Below, in pieces: positions 8,806 through 18,352 of a stretch of 32,301 bases of DNA. The notes under the pieces were generated by a model. That model made no database searches. It was given only the letters and a program-made list of their open reading frames with translations, and had not been told where the DNA came from. The translations under genes were made by a program, and so were the position numbers. Source of the stretch: Gammaproteobacteria bacterium (GTDB lineage: Bacteria; Pseudomonadota; Gammaproteobacteria; DAOWEP01); assembly GCA_030638455.1 (NCBI GenBank), contig DAOWEP010000023.1, forward strand, positions 1-32,301. The letters run 5' to 3'. How positions within the stretch are numbered: the stretch's first letter is position 1; each line of letters starts with the position of its first letter.

Positions 8806-9684
8806 ATGGTTAATGTACCAGACAAACTTACTGCTATCGGTAATCATAACTCGGTATATTCTGATGTTGTAAAGGAGTTTGTATGTGAGATAAAGGATGA
8901 TGAATTCCTGCGGATAAGGAATTATTTATACATGGAATCAGGGATTCACCTGGGGGTGGATAAAAAACAAATGATGGCAACTCGTCTTGCGAGCCGTTTA
9001 AGACATTTTAACGTGCACACATATAGTGAATATCTTCGCCTGGTGATGGATGGGGATCATGATGAAGAAAAGCAGGAGATTGTCGACCTGCTAACCACGC
9101 ATGAAACATATTTTTTCAGAGAGCCAGCCCACTTTGATTTTCTAAGGGAACGAATTTGCGAGAATTGGGAATATGGGAGGCTATTTCGCGCATGGAGTGC
9201 AGCCAGCTCTTCCGGAGAAGAAGCATATAGTATGGCCATGGTGTTTTCAGAACACCTGCCGCAAAATTACTGGGAGTTGGTTGGGTCTGATATATGCAGA
9301 GAAGTGCTGGAGAAGGCGCGTGCTGGATACTATCCAGTAGAAAAAACACAAAATATACCCGTTAACTATCTCAGTCAATATTGCCTGAAAGGTGTACGTT
9401 CACAAAACGGAGTTATGCTAATAGACGAGAATCTCCGTAAGCGGGTTCAATTCATAAAAGTAAACCTTAATCAATCATTTGAAGGTTTTCTTGGAATGTT
9501 TGATGTGATCTTTTTGAGAAATGTTCTTATCTATTTTGACCTTCATGCAAGACAACAAATCGTGCATCGTATCGTTGAGAAGCTGAATAAAGGTGGCTAC
9601 TTGTTTGTCAGTCATACGGAATCAATTATTGCTATTAGTGACCGACTTCAGCAAGTAGCGCCAAGTATTTATCAAAAAATATAG
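8806..9684 (+). CDS. cheR: Chemotaxis methyltransferase CheR
   Basis: 292 aa. THETYFFRE and SAASSSGEEAYS (SAM-binding region) are present. The ATG lies one nucleotide after the cheW stop. Confidence 0.9.
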   Translation: MVNVPDKLTAIGNHNSVYSDVVKEFVCEIKDDEFLRIRNYLYMESGIHLGVDKKQMMATRLASRLRHFNVHTYSEYLRLVMDGDHDEEKQEIVDLLTTHETYFFREPAHFDFLRERICENWEYGRLFRAWSAASSSGEEAYSMAMVFSEHLPQNYWELVGSDICREVLEKARAGYYPVEKTQNIPVNYLSQYCLKGVRSQNGVMLIDENLRKRVQFIKVNLNQSFEGFLGMFDVIFLRNVLIYFDLHARQQIVHRIVEKLNKGGYLFVSHTESIIAISDRLQQVAPSIYQKI

Positions 9685-9741
9685 TTATTAATATTAGAAG
9701 GATAATCGAAACAAATAAATGAGTGATGGTTATTGACTGTT

Positions 9742-10890
9742 ATGGATAAGAAAAAAAACAAAATTAAAGTATTGTTGGTGGACGACTCTGCAGTTGTAAG
9801 GCAATCGCTATCCAGGGTATTTGCTACTGCACCAGATATTGAAATTATTGGTAGTGTTATAGATCCACTTTTTGCACTGGAGCGAATGAAGCAGCAATGG
9901 CCTGATGTAATTGTGCTGGATATTGAAATGCCACGCATGGACGGAATAACTTTTCTGAATATTATTATGAAAGAACACCCAACTCCTGTAGTAGTTTGTT
10001 CGGCGCTGACCGCGAAAGGAGCAGAAACCACATTGCAGGCCCTCTCTTTAGGTGCTGTGGAAGTTATTAACAAGCCTGCCATTGGCGTAAAGGATTTTTT
10101 GAGGGAATCAGCGGAGTTTCTGATTGATGCTGTGAGAGCAGCTTCATGTTCTGATCTGAAAAAACTACAAGATAATTCAAATAAAAAAATTGAGATAAAT
10201 TCAAGTTCTGTAGAAGATGCCGTTTTCTCCAATGATTTACAGGGTTCAATGAATAATACAACTGACAAGGTAGTTGCCATAGGGACATCAACAGGAGGTA
10301 CGCAGGCACTTGAGCTGATTCTTCCCGCATTACCAAGAGTTGTACCTGGTATTGTGGTTGTTCAGCATATGCCAGAAAAGTTCACCCGATCTTTTGCTGA
10401 AAGACTTAATTCATTGTCCCGAATTAATGTAAAGGAGGCGGAGGATAATGACCGCGTATTACCTGGTGTGGCCCTGATTGCACCGGGTGGACGTCATATG
10501 GTTTTAGTCAGAAGTGGGGCACATTACCATGTAAAGATTCATGATGGACCACCTGTAAACAGGCATCGACCTTCAGTTGATGTGCTGTTCAGGTCAGTAG
10601 CGAAGGTGGCCGGTAAGAATTCATATGGCATTATATTAACAGGTATGGGTGATGATGGTGCAAGAGGGCTAAAAGAAATGCAGGATGTTGGCGCCAGTAC
10701 CGTTGCTCAGGATGAGTCTACCAGTATCGTTTTTGGTATGCCAAGGGAGGCAGTGAAGCATGGAGGTGTACAAACTGTTTTGCCGTTACAGGAAATACCA
10801 GGGTCAATTATCAGAAACCATTCTGACTCAGTTGATATGCAGCAGAAATCATGCCTGGTAAATAGTTGCAGAGAAGTATGTAGTAAGTAA
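9742..10890 (+). CDS. cheB: Chemotaxis methylesterase CheB (REC plus esterase)
   Basis: Receiver [21 protein letters not shown]. Esterase GTSTGG, VVVQHMP, GMGDDG. The track start 9733 is TTG; the ATG at 9742 is preferred. It has an unusually long linker and a 25-30 aa Cys-containing C-terminal tail. Confidence 0.9.
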   Translation: MDKKKNKIKVLLVDDSAVVRQSLSRVFATAPDIEIIGSVIDPLFALERMKQQWPDVIVLDIEMPRMDGITFLNIIMKEHPTPVVVCSALTAKGAETTLQALSLGAVEVINKPAIGVKDFLRESAEFLIDAVRAASCSDLKKLQDNSNKKIEINSSSVEDAVFSNDLQGSMNNTTDKVVAIGTSTGGTQALELILPALPRVVPGIVVVQHMPEKFTRSFAERLNSLSRINVKEAEDNDRVLPGVALIAPGGRHMVLVRSGAHYHVKIHDGPPVNRHRPSVDVLFRSVAKVAGKNSYGIILTGMGDDGARGLKEMQDVGASTVAQDESTSIVFGMPREAVKHGGVQTVLPLQEIPGSIIRNHSDSVDMQQKSCLVNSCREVCSK

Positions 10891-10958
10891 TACATGGTGA
10901 TTCATGAAGTATTATGAATCAAATATTGTTTGAATAAATAGATATTAATGAGGTTGAC

Positions 10959-11462
10959 ATGAATAGAGCCTTGCTTTTAGTAGATGATGATGAGAATTAT
11001 CTAAAGTCTATGGCCAGAATATTCTTGTATGAAGGATACAAGATATTTGCGGCGACAAGTGGTGATGAGGCAATTAAAATTCTCGATCAAAATAAAGTAC
11101 AGGTTATTGTGTCTGATCAGCGCATGCCAGGAATGAGCGGTGTCGAATTACTTAGTCGCGTAAAATATCTTTACCCGGATGTTGTCCGTATTGTGATAAC
11201 AGGTTATGCAGATATTGAACTCGCTACCAAAGCAGTTAACAAGGGAGCAATCTTCAAATTCCTGGTCAAGCCATGTTCTAACGATTTGCTACGAAGTACG
11301 GTGCAGCAAGCGTTCCGTTATTCTGATCTTCAAAATGAGAGAAATGAAAATTCTTCCGAGTTTAATGATATATCTGAAGATGAGAGAGAAGAATGTGCTT
11401 CAGGGGATGGTAAGAAGAAGGGCTCTCTCTACAGGGCAAAAAAGAAGTGGGGGCTTGGATAG
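10959..11462 (+). CDS. Stand-alone response regulator with an acidic/basic C-terminal tail and no recognisable output domain
   Basis: 167 aa. LLVDDDENYL, SDQRMPGMSG, GYADIE, FKFLVKPC place it in the FLxKPW receiver subfamily. Confidence 0.85.
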   Translation: MNRALLLVDDDENYLKSMARIFLYEGYKIFAATSGDEAIKILDQNKVQVIVSDQRMPGMSGVELLSRVKYLYPDVVRIVITGYADIELATKAVNKGAIFKFLVKPCSNDLLRSTVQQAFRYSDLQNERNENSSEFNDISEDEREECASGDGKKKGSLYRAKKKWGLG

Positions 11463-11511
11463 ATGGGCATCCCACATATTTTTCCAATTCGTTTGTACAT
11501 AACAGGGTGAA

Positions 11512-13569
11512 GTGTTAATGGTGAGGACTCTTTTATTGGTTGATGACGAAGAAAATATACTTTCTTCATTGTCTCGCGTGCTATCAAATGATGGCTATAA
11601 AATACTTACTGCAAGTAGTGCCAGGGTAGCGCTTGAGCTGCTTAAGGAAAATGATGTAGGCGTAATTCTGTCAGACCAATGCATGCCGGGTATGACAGGC
11701 GTTGAGTTTATGTCCATAGCAAAAGAATTATACCCGGATCCGGTTCGTATAATGTTAAGTGGTTATGCGGATATTAAAGCAGTTACAGAGGCCATTAATC
11801 AAGGCTCAATATACAAGTTTCTTATCAAGCCATGTGACAACGAGAATTTTCGGAATAATATTCGTGATGCTTTTGAACAATTCGAGCTTAAGCGCGAAAA
11901 TGAAAGATTAACAAAAGAACTGGTGCTTACAAACAAACAGCTTGATGAGGCATTGATCAAAGCAAATGAGACCACCCGGGCAAAGTCAGAGTTTCTGGCC
12001 AATATGAGTCATGAGCTACGCACTCCTATGAATGGGGTACTGGGGATGACCGAGTTGCTGCTTGAAACTACGCTGTCCCCCGAGCAACTCGAATATATTG
12101 AGGCTGTCAGGACTTCTGGGAACTTATTGCTTGGTAATATTAATGACATCCTTGATTTTTCAAAGGCAGAGGCAGGAAAGCTGGTCCTGGAGGAAACGGA
12201 ATTTAATCTCAGGCGTGTTATTGATGAGGTCGCCGAGTTATTGGCAATTCAGGCACACAATAAGGGAATAGAACTGGTTAGTTTAATAGAAAGAAATGTC
12301 CCGGAAAATATTTGCGGTGATCCGACAAGGCTACGTCAAATATTAACCAATCTTATCAGCAATGCAATCAAGTTTACTTCACAAGGAGAGGTCGCAATAA
12401 ATGTCAACTCGGTTGAAGAGGTGAATGATTCTGTCTTGTTAAGATTCGAGGTTAGGGATACCGGTATTGGTGTTAGTGAAGATGAAAGGGGGAAGATATT
12501 TGACAGTTTTTCACAGGCAAATGGTTCAACTACGAGGGTGTATGGCGGTACAGGTCTTGGCCTGGCGATATGCCAACAACTGGTAACCACCATGGGTGGG
12601 GATATCGGTGTTGAATCCACAGAAGGTATAGGCAGTACATTCTGGTTTACCGTACGGATAAAGACGATTACAGATTCCGAAACACGTATGTTGGATACTG
12701 AGTCTCGTAATTATCGTGTTTTGATAGTGGATGATAATGAAACAGCACGTACCGCATTGAGGCAGTATCTGGATTCCTGGGGTGTATCAGTTGGGATTGC
12801 AAGAGACGGGTCAGAGGCGCTTGAAAGACTGAAAATGGCAAGTAAAAGTAATCAACCTTACAAGATCGCATTAATTGACATGATCTTACCGGATATGGAT
12901 GGCCTGGAACTTGCGAGAGAAATCATGATAGACCAGGGGGTTTCACCAATTCAAGCGGTGCTGATGATTCCTTTTGGACAAAGAGGGTCAAGGGATGACG
13001 CCGAAGCAGCAGGCGTTACAACATACCTGACCAAGCCATTACGCCAGTCAAATTTATATGATTGTATTGTGAAGCTGCAGGGAAAAGAGAAGGCGGGAGA
13101 ATTGATCGAGGGAAATTCATTTAGTCAACAAGAAGTAAAGTCATTGTTTTCAGGTAGGGTCCTTGTGGTAGAAGACAATATTGTTAATCAAAAGGTTGCT
13201 CATGGAATTCTGAAAAATCTTGGCGCTGAGGTTGATATAGCAAGTACAGGAAGAGAGGCGCTGGATATCTTAAGTGATGAGTATTATGACGTGGTATTTA
13301 TGGATGTTCAGATGCCTGAGCTGGATGGGTTTGAGACTACCAGAATTATTCGTGAGAGAGAGGCAGAAAAGGACGATCTTAGGGGTAATAATAAAAATAG
13401 CCACCGAATTAAAGTAGTTGCGATGACTGCAAACGCAATGCAGGGAGATCGGGAGAAATGCCTGGCGGCAGGGATGGATGATTATATTTCAAAGCCTGTT
13501 AGTAAAAATGGGTTTACGGAAATACTGAATCGCTTTATTAAAGAAAAGATACATGGAGGAAACAAATGA
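11512..13569 (+). CDS. Soluble hybrid histidine kinase: REC, coiled coil, HisKA, HATPase, REC, REC. No Hpt and no TM segment.
   Basis: 685 aa. REC1 SDQCMPGMTG..YKFLIKPC. H-box FLANMSHELRTPMNG. NLISNAIKFT, DTGIGV, GGTGLGLAI. Two C-terminal receivers (LIDMILPDMDG; FMDVQMPELDG..YISKPV). The track start is GTG at 11512; an alternative ATG lies at 11518. Confidence 0.9.
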   Translation: MLMVRTLLLVDDEENILSSLSRVLSNDGYKILTASSARVALELLKENDVGVILSDQCMPGMTGVEFMSIAKELYPDPVRIMLSGYADIKAVTEAINQGSIYKFLIKPCDNENFRNNIRDAFEQFELKRENERLTKELVLTNKQLDEALIKANETTRAKSEFLANMSHELRTPMNGVLGMTELLLETTLSPEQLEYIEAVRTSGNLLLGNINDILDFSKAEAGKLVLEETEFNLRRVIDEVAELLAIQAHNKGIELVSLIERNVPENICGDPTRLRQILTNLISNAIKFTSQGEVAINVNSVEEVNDSVLLRFEVRDTGIGVSEDERGKIFDSFSQANGSTTRVYGGTGLGLAICQQLVTTMGGDIGVESTEGIGSTFWFTVRIKTITDSETRMLDTESRNYRVLIVDDNETARTALRQYLDSWGVSVGIARDGSEALERLKMASKSNQPYKIALIDMILPDMDGLELAREIMIDQGVSPIQAVLMIPFGQRGSRDDAEAAGVTTYLTKPLRQSNLYDCIVKLQGKEKAGELIEGNSFSQQEVKSLFSGRVLVVEDNIVNQKVAHGILKNLGAEVDIASTGREALDILSDEYYDVVFMDVQMPELDGFETTRIIREREAEKDDLRGNNKNSHRIKVVAMTANAMQGDREKCLAAGMDDYISKPVSKNGFTEILNRFIKEKIHGGNK

Positions 13570-13781
13570 GATTATTGCCCAGAAGGTTTTTCCAGTGAGA
13601 TGAATTTGTTTATTGATGCAATAAGAATTGAGTTCACCAGGACGGGTGATGCCTTGATAAGTAGTAAAGGTATTAAGGAGTAAATGTAAATATACGTAAT
13701 ATTTTGTATTTAATGCAAGATAATAACTGATTTATTTGAAATGCTATTAATTATTTAATCAGTCTTAATGGAGATATAAAA

Positions 13782-14639
13782 ATGGAAAGAACTCTTTTGC
13801 TGGTAGATGATGAAGAAAATATCCTGCGTTCATTAGTGCGCTTGTTGCGGCGTGATGGATACAAAATCCTGACAGCAAACAGCGGGGATGAGGGTATGGA
13901 AGTACTTAAAGAAAATGATGTGTCCGTAATTATTTCAGACCAACGTATGCCTCAGATGACCGGTGTAGAATTTCTTAGTGAAGTTAAGGAGATATATCCA
14001 GGTACAGTTCGAATTGTGTTGAGTGGCTATACCGATCTTAAATCTGTTACAGATGCTATAAATCAGGGGGCTATTTTCAGGTTTCTTACCAAGCCATGGG
14101 ATGATGCCTTGCTCCGGGCAAATATAGAAGAGGCATTTCAATATTATGAGCTCCAGGATGAAAATATAAGGCTCACGCATGAACTCAAGGAGGCGAATAA
14201 AGAATTGTCTTTTCTTAATCAGGATCTGGAAAAGCGTGTAGAGGAAAAGACGCATGAATTAATACTGAATATGAGGGCCGCTCAGATTTCTCAGGAAGTA
14301 TTAGAGAACTTGCCAATAGCTGTGCTGGGGATTGGCGATGACGGGACTATCGCGGTTGCAAACCAACTGGCACACAAGTTGCTGGGGCATGAGGGTGGAT
14401 GTTTGGTGGGGTGTTCATCTGAGACTGTGCTTCCTGAAGTGCTTAATGAAATGCTTCAGTATGCAGTAACAGATGGAATATCAGAATATGAGAGAATTTC
14501 TCTGAATGAGGAGATTCAATTCGAAGCATGTTACAGCCAGTTAGGGTGTGCAGACCACATTCAGGGATCTATTTTGGTAATGCGGCCACTAAAGGACCAG
14601 GTGGAAGCCAATCTAAAACGTGGAACAGGTGGTATTTAA
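13782..14639 (+). CDS. Response regulator with a C-terminal PAS domain (REC, coiled coil, PAS)
   Basis: 285 aa. The receiver is roughly 60% identical (by eye) to REC1 of the hybrid kinase (LLLVDDEENIL, SDQRMPQMTGVEFL, FRFLTKPW). A PAS-like LENLPIAVLGIGDDGTIAVANQ follows. Confidence 0.85.
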   Translation: MERTLLLVDDEENILRSLVRLLRRDGYKILTANSGDEGMEVLKENDVSVIISDQRMPQMTGVEFLSEVKEIYPGTVRIVLSGYTDLKSVTDAINQGAIFRFLTKPWDDALLRANIEEAFQYYELQDENIRLTHELKEANKELSFLNQDLEKRVEEKTHELILNMRAAQISQEVLENLPIAVLGIGDDGTIAVANQLAHKLLGHEGGCLVGCSSETVLPEVLNEMLQYAVTDGISEYERISLNEEIQFEACYSQLGCADHIQGSILVMRPLKDQVEANLKRGTGGI

Positions 14640-14676
14640 TAATGTCAGGAACCTTCTGTTATGAATAAATATTGTA

Positions 14677-14991
14677 ATGAAGAATATTAAACAAGTTTCG
14701 TTGGAAAGCGCAATGCCAGGATCAATATTGGCATATGACGTGCTGGATAGCAGGGAAAATCTGCTTATGAAGGCCGGCTTAAAGTTAACAGTGCAATCGT
14801 TGGCCATATTGGAGCGGAAAAATATATCACATATCCATATAGTGGATGATGTAATACAAACCCCCGAACAGTTGGAGATTATAAAGAAAACGATTGAAGA
14901 ATCACTGGCATTTCGTTTCCGCAAGAGCAGCTCTTCGCCAGAGATGCGTAAATTGCAATCGATCTTGTTGGCTTATCAACTGGAAAAGTAG
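14677..14991 (+). CDS. Small protein of unknown function sharing a module with the C-terminus of the second HD-GYP protein
   Basis: 104 aa. VSLESAMPGSILAYDVLDSRENLLMKAGLKLT..ISHIHIV resembles ISLKSLVPGMVLSKDVMLKDGVLLLSEGRILD..NLDIHV at 23080-23259. The only evidence that it is coding is the ORF, its position in the operon and this similarity. Confidence 0.5.
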   Translation: MKNIKQVSLESAMPGSILAYDVLDSRENLLMKAGLKLTVQSLAILERKNISHIHIVDDVIQTPEQLEIIKKTIEESLAFRFRKSSSSPEMRKLQSILLAYQLEK

Positions 14992-15059
14992 CTCTCAGGG
15001 CAAGTAACTATCGGGTCAAGTCGCTATGTTGAATTACTTTGTAAAAGGGTTGTAATAAA

Positions 15060-15938
15060 TTGGGAAATTTAACGATCAATCAACTGGACAATGAGATCCA
15101 GCAGTTACCATCACTATCCGTGATAGTGATGGAGGTATTATCGATGATTGAAAAAGGGAATGTAGATCTGACTGTGCTTATGAACAAGATAGGGCAGGAT
15201 CAGGCATTGGCAGCACGTGTACTTAAAGTCGCTAACTCTCCTTTTTACGGATTCTCAAGAAATATAGCATCACTCAAGGATGCCGGAATTATGTTAGGGA
15301 TTCATACACTTCAACATATAGTGACGGCCGCTGGAATTATTGGCCACTTTAGTACCGAAAGGAATCTAAACTTCAGCCATGCAGCATTCTGGCAGCACTC
15401 AATCGGAACGGGTATTTGTGCCAAGGTGCTGGCCCGTCATAGCGCTCTTGATCAGGAAACTGCATTTACGGCAGGTTTGCTTCATGATATTGGTAAGCTG
15501 GTCCTGGCGGTACATTTTCCAAATGATTTTTTACGGATACTGGAATATAGGGATGAGCATGATTGCTTGCTTAAGGATGCAGAAAAAGCCGTACTGGATT
15601 TTGATCATAGTATTATTGGAGCCAAAATAACAGAGCACTGGAAGCTTCCAGATCTCATTATTTCATCAATCAGGTATCACCATACACCTGATGCTGAGTC
15701 TGTATTGCCGCTTGCTGGCCTGGTTCATATTGCCGATATTATTTGCCGTGGCATGGAGATCGGTAATGGTGGCGATACATTGATCCCTGTAATCAGTAGT
15801 GGCGTAATGGAAGATCTTGGTCTGGATTGGGATGCCGTTAAGAACAGTTTACCTGAAATCGAAAAATTGAATGCTTCCGCAAACGTTCTCGTAGAGCAGG
15901 ATGATATTAACACATTTGATAAATGTGGAGGTGTGTGA
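15060..15938 (+). CDS. HDOD-domain protein
   Basis: 292 aa with a TTG start. LPSLSVIVMEVLSMI..LMNKIGQDQALAARVLKVANSPFYGF..GLLHDIGKLVLA is a typical HDOD sequence. Confidence 0.85.
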   Translation: MGNLTINQLDNEIQQLPSLSVIVMEVLSMIEKGNVDLTVLMNKIGQDQALAARVLKVANSPFYGFSRNIASLKDAGIMLGIHTLQHIVTAAGIIGHFSTERNLNFSHAAFWQHSIGTGICAKVLARHSALDQETAFTAGLLHDIGKLVLAVHFPNDFLRILEYRDEHDCLLKDAEKAVLDFDHSIIGAKITEHWKLPDLIISSIRYHHTPDAESVLPLAGLVHIADIICRGMEIGNGGDTLIPVISSGVMEDLGLDWDAVKNSLPEIEKLNASANVLVEQDDINTFDKCGGV

Positions 15939-17047
15939 TGTTAGAAACAATATTGCTGGTTGATGATGAAATAGCTAATCGTAATGCAATCAAGCGAGTC
16001 TTGCGCCACACAGGGTTGAATTTCCTGGAGGCTGGGAATGGAAAGGATGCCCTGGAAATTGTTGATGAAATTCCTGTGGATCTGGTTCTCCTGGATATTG
16101 GTATGCCGGTTATGGATGGCTACAAGTTTCTTGAAAGATTCAAATCACGAGACTGTAATCAGGAAATTCCAGTGTGCGTGATGACAGCCTGGTCCGATAA
16201 TGAAACTCGTAAAAGGGTGATTGACCTTGGCGCAGATGATTTTGTTGGTAAACCAGCAGATAGAGTTGAGTTGGAAACACGTGTCAAGGCATTGCTACGT
16301 ATTCGCGGATATCAGAAGCGTTTGCTTGATTTTAATAACAAACTTGAAAATCTTGTTGAAGAGCGTACACGTGATTTACGCATCGCATATGTACACCTTG
16401 AAGAGTCTCGTGAAGAAACCATGCTTGCCTATCATGACACTATTATGCGGCTTTCTCTGGCGGCAGAACATAAAGACAGGGTGACGGCTGCTCATATACA
16501 ACGTATGAGCCATTACTCTGAATTGCTTGCTCTTAAATGTGGATGGGGAGAAGAAGATGCAAGTCTTTTGCTGGAAGCGGCAAAAATGCATGATATTGGG
16601 AAGATCGGAATCCCTGATGCGATTCTTAATAAACCTGGCAAGTTAACCAGTGGAGAATTCGAAACTATGAAGATGCACTGTGAGATTGGTGCTTCAATCC
16701 TTTCGGGGTCTGATTCCAGGTTGCTGCAGATGGCTGAATCGGTAGCGAAAAGCCATCATGAGAGGTTCGATGGTACAGGCTACCCATATGGTATGTCAGG
16801 AATGATAATACCTGAAGTGGGCCGCATTGTAGCAATTGCAGATGTATTTGATGCATTGATGACCTCCAGACCATATAAGGAAGCCTGGCCTTTAGAAAAA
16901 GTATGTAGTGTGATGCAGGAAGACAGCGGTAAGCATTTTGATCCTGATCTTTTGGAGTTGTTTTTTGATGATGTTCAGGTTTTGCTAAAGATCCATAATC
17001 GCTATTCAGATGAAGAAACGGTTTCTATGAATATAGAAGTAGCTTGA
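15938..17047 (+). CDS. RpfG-type response regulator: REC plus HD-GYP c-di-GMP phosphodiesterase domain
   Basis: The ATG at 15938 overlaps the HDOD stop (tgATG) and has GGAGG 5 nt upstream. LLVDDE, LLDIGMPVMDG, KMHDIGKIGIPD, HHERFDGTGYPYG are present. The track start 15923 lies inside HDOD. Confidence 0.9.
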   Translation: MLETILLVDDEIANRNAIKRVLRHTGLNFLEAGNGKDALEIVDEIPVDLVLLDIGMPVMDGYKFLERFKSRDCNQEIPVCVMTAWSDNETRKRVIDLGADDFVGKPADRVELETRVKALLRIRGYQKRLLDFNNKLENLVEERTRDLRIAYVHLEESREETMLAYHDTIMRLSLAAEHKDRVTAAHIQRMSHYSELLALKCGWGEEDASLLLEAAKMHDIGKIGIPDAILNKPGKLTSGEFETMKMHCEIGASILSGSDSRLLQMAESVAKSHHERFDGTGYPYGMSGMIIPEVGRIVAIADVFDALMTSRPYKEAWPLEKVCSVMQEDSGKHFDPDLLELFFDDVQVLLKIHNRYSDEETVSMNIEVA

Positions 17048-17054
17048 GGGCCCT

Positions 17055-18347
17055 ATGAGCAAAGAGATAAAAGTCCTAATCGTTGATGATGATCAATATG
17101 GTTTCGATATTCTGGAAGAGATTCTTGCAGATGATTGCTATGTGTTGGAGCAGGCATTAGATGGTGTTATGGCCCTTGAGAAAATGGAATCGTTCAATCC
17201 GGATATTGTGCTGCTTGATTATGTTATGCCACGTATGGATGGTCTTGAGGTTTGTAAGCATATCCGGGCGAATCCGGATTTTAAGTTTACAAAGGTCATC
17301 ATGCTTTCCAGTCGAGGCGAATCTTCTGAACGCGTCAAGGGATATGGTGCAGGCGCTGATGATTACGTAGTAAAGCCGTTTGATTTTGACGAGATGTCAG
17401 CCAAGATCAAGGTGTTTTCCAAACTGAAATTTGTAGAGGAATCGGATCGGGCGCTTAGACAAGAAAAGGAGGAGCAGGCAAGTCTGATCAATCAACTGGA
17501 GCATACCAAAGACAAGTTAATGCAGGCGGATAAAATGGCTTCGATTGGTCAGTTGGCGGCAGGAGTTGCACATGAGATCAATAACCCGGTTGGTTACATT
17601 AACTCCAATATTGGAATGTTAAAAGAGTATATGGTGGAAATATTCCAGATGCTTGATGCCTATGAAAAGGCAGAAGATCTGGTAAGTCCAGAGTCCGAGC
17701 AAATGAAACTTGTTATGTCCTTGAAGAAAAAGCTGAAGCTTGATTTTCTCAGGCAGGATATTGTTGACCTGATGAATGAGTCAGAGGAAGGAGTAACACG
17801 TGTAAAGGATATTGTGCAGAATCTAAAGGACTTTTCGCATGTTGATGTCGCGGAGTGGGCGTGGTCGGATGTGCACAATGGACTTGATAGTACGCTTAAT
17901 ATTGTGAATAACGAGATTAAGTACAAGGCAGAAGTAAAAAAGGAATATGGAGAGCTTCCGTTGGTGGAATGTCAGATGCAGCAGGTTAACCAGGTGTTTA
18001 TGAATTTGCTGGTAAATGCTGCGCATGCAATTGAGGAAAGAGGAGTAATTACCATTCGGACCGGATGTGAAGGTGACTGGGTATGGGTAGAGATAGAGGA
18101 TACGGGTAAAGGAATCGCTGCTGAAGATAAGGGAAAGCTGTTTGAGCCATTTTTTACCACCAAACCTTTAGGTGAAGGCACAGGTCTTGGACTTTCCGTT
18201 TCCTATGGAATAATAAATACGCATGGTGGCAGGATTGATGTGGAAAGTGAGGTAGGTAAAGGATCAAAGTTCAGAATATGGCTGCCGGTGCACCATAGTC
18301 AGGGCGCTGGAAATGTCAACGAAAAAATGTACGCCGGTCAGGAATAG
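17055..18347 (+). CDS. Soluble REC-histidine kinase (paralog 1 of 4)
   Basis: 430 aa. LIVDDD..LLDYVMPRMDG..VVKPF, then ADKMASIGQLAAGVAHEINNPVG, NQVFMNLLVNAAHAI, DTGKGI, GTGLGLSVSYG. Confidence 0.9.
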   Translation: MSKEIKVLIVDDDQYGFDILEEILADDCYVLEQALDGVMALEKMESFNPDIVLLDYVMPRMDGLEVCKHIRANPDFKFTKVIMLSSRGESSERVKGYGAGADDYVVKPFDFDEMSAKIKVFSKLKFVEESDRALRQEKEEQASLINQLEHTKDKLMQADKMASIGQLAAGVAHEINNPVGYINSNIGMLKEYMVEIFQMLDAYEKAEDLVSPESEQMKLVMSLKKKLKLDFLRQDIVDLMNESEEGVTRVKDIVQNLKDFSHVDVAEWAWSDVHNGLDSTLNIVNNEIKYKAEVKKEYGELPLVECQMQQVNQVFMNLLVNAAHAIEERGVITIRTGCEGDWVWVEIEDTGKGIAAEDKGKLFEPFFTTKPLGEGTGLGLSVSYGIINTHGGRIDVESEVGKGSKFRIWLPVHHSQGAGNVNEKMYAGQE

Positions 18348-18352
18348 AAGCG

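Noticed and set aside
9672-10280. 202-aa minus-strand ORF. Similar antisense ORFs occur at 22126-22485, 22988-23395, 3233-3493, 12336-12620 and 31239-31652.
   Set aside because: All are shadow ORFs antisense to genes with strong domain signatures. Their translations are low-complexity, with no motifs.
13726-13763. 7-bp inverted repeat actgatt/aatcagt spaced by 24 nt upstream of the REC-PAS gene
   Set aside because: It is too short and AT-rich to be meaningful without conservation data.
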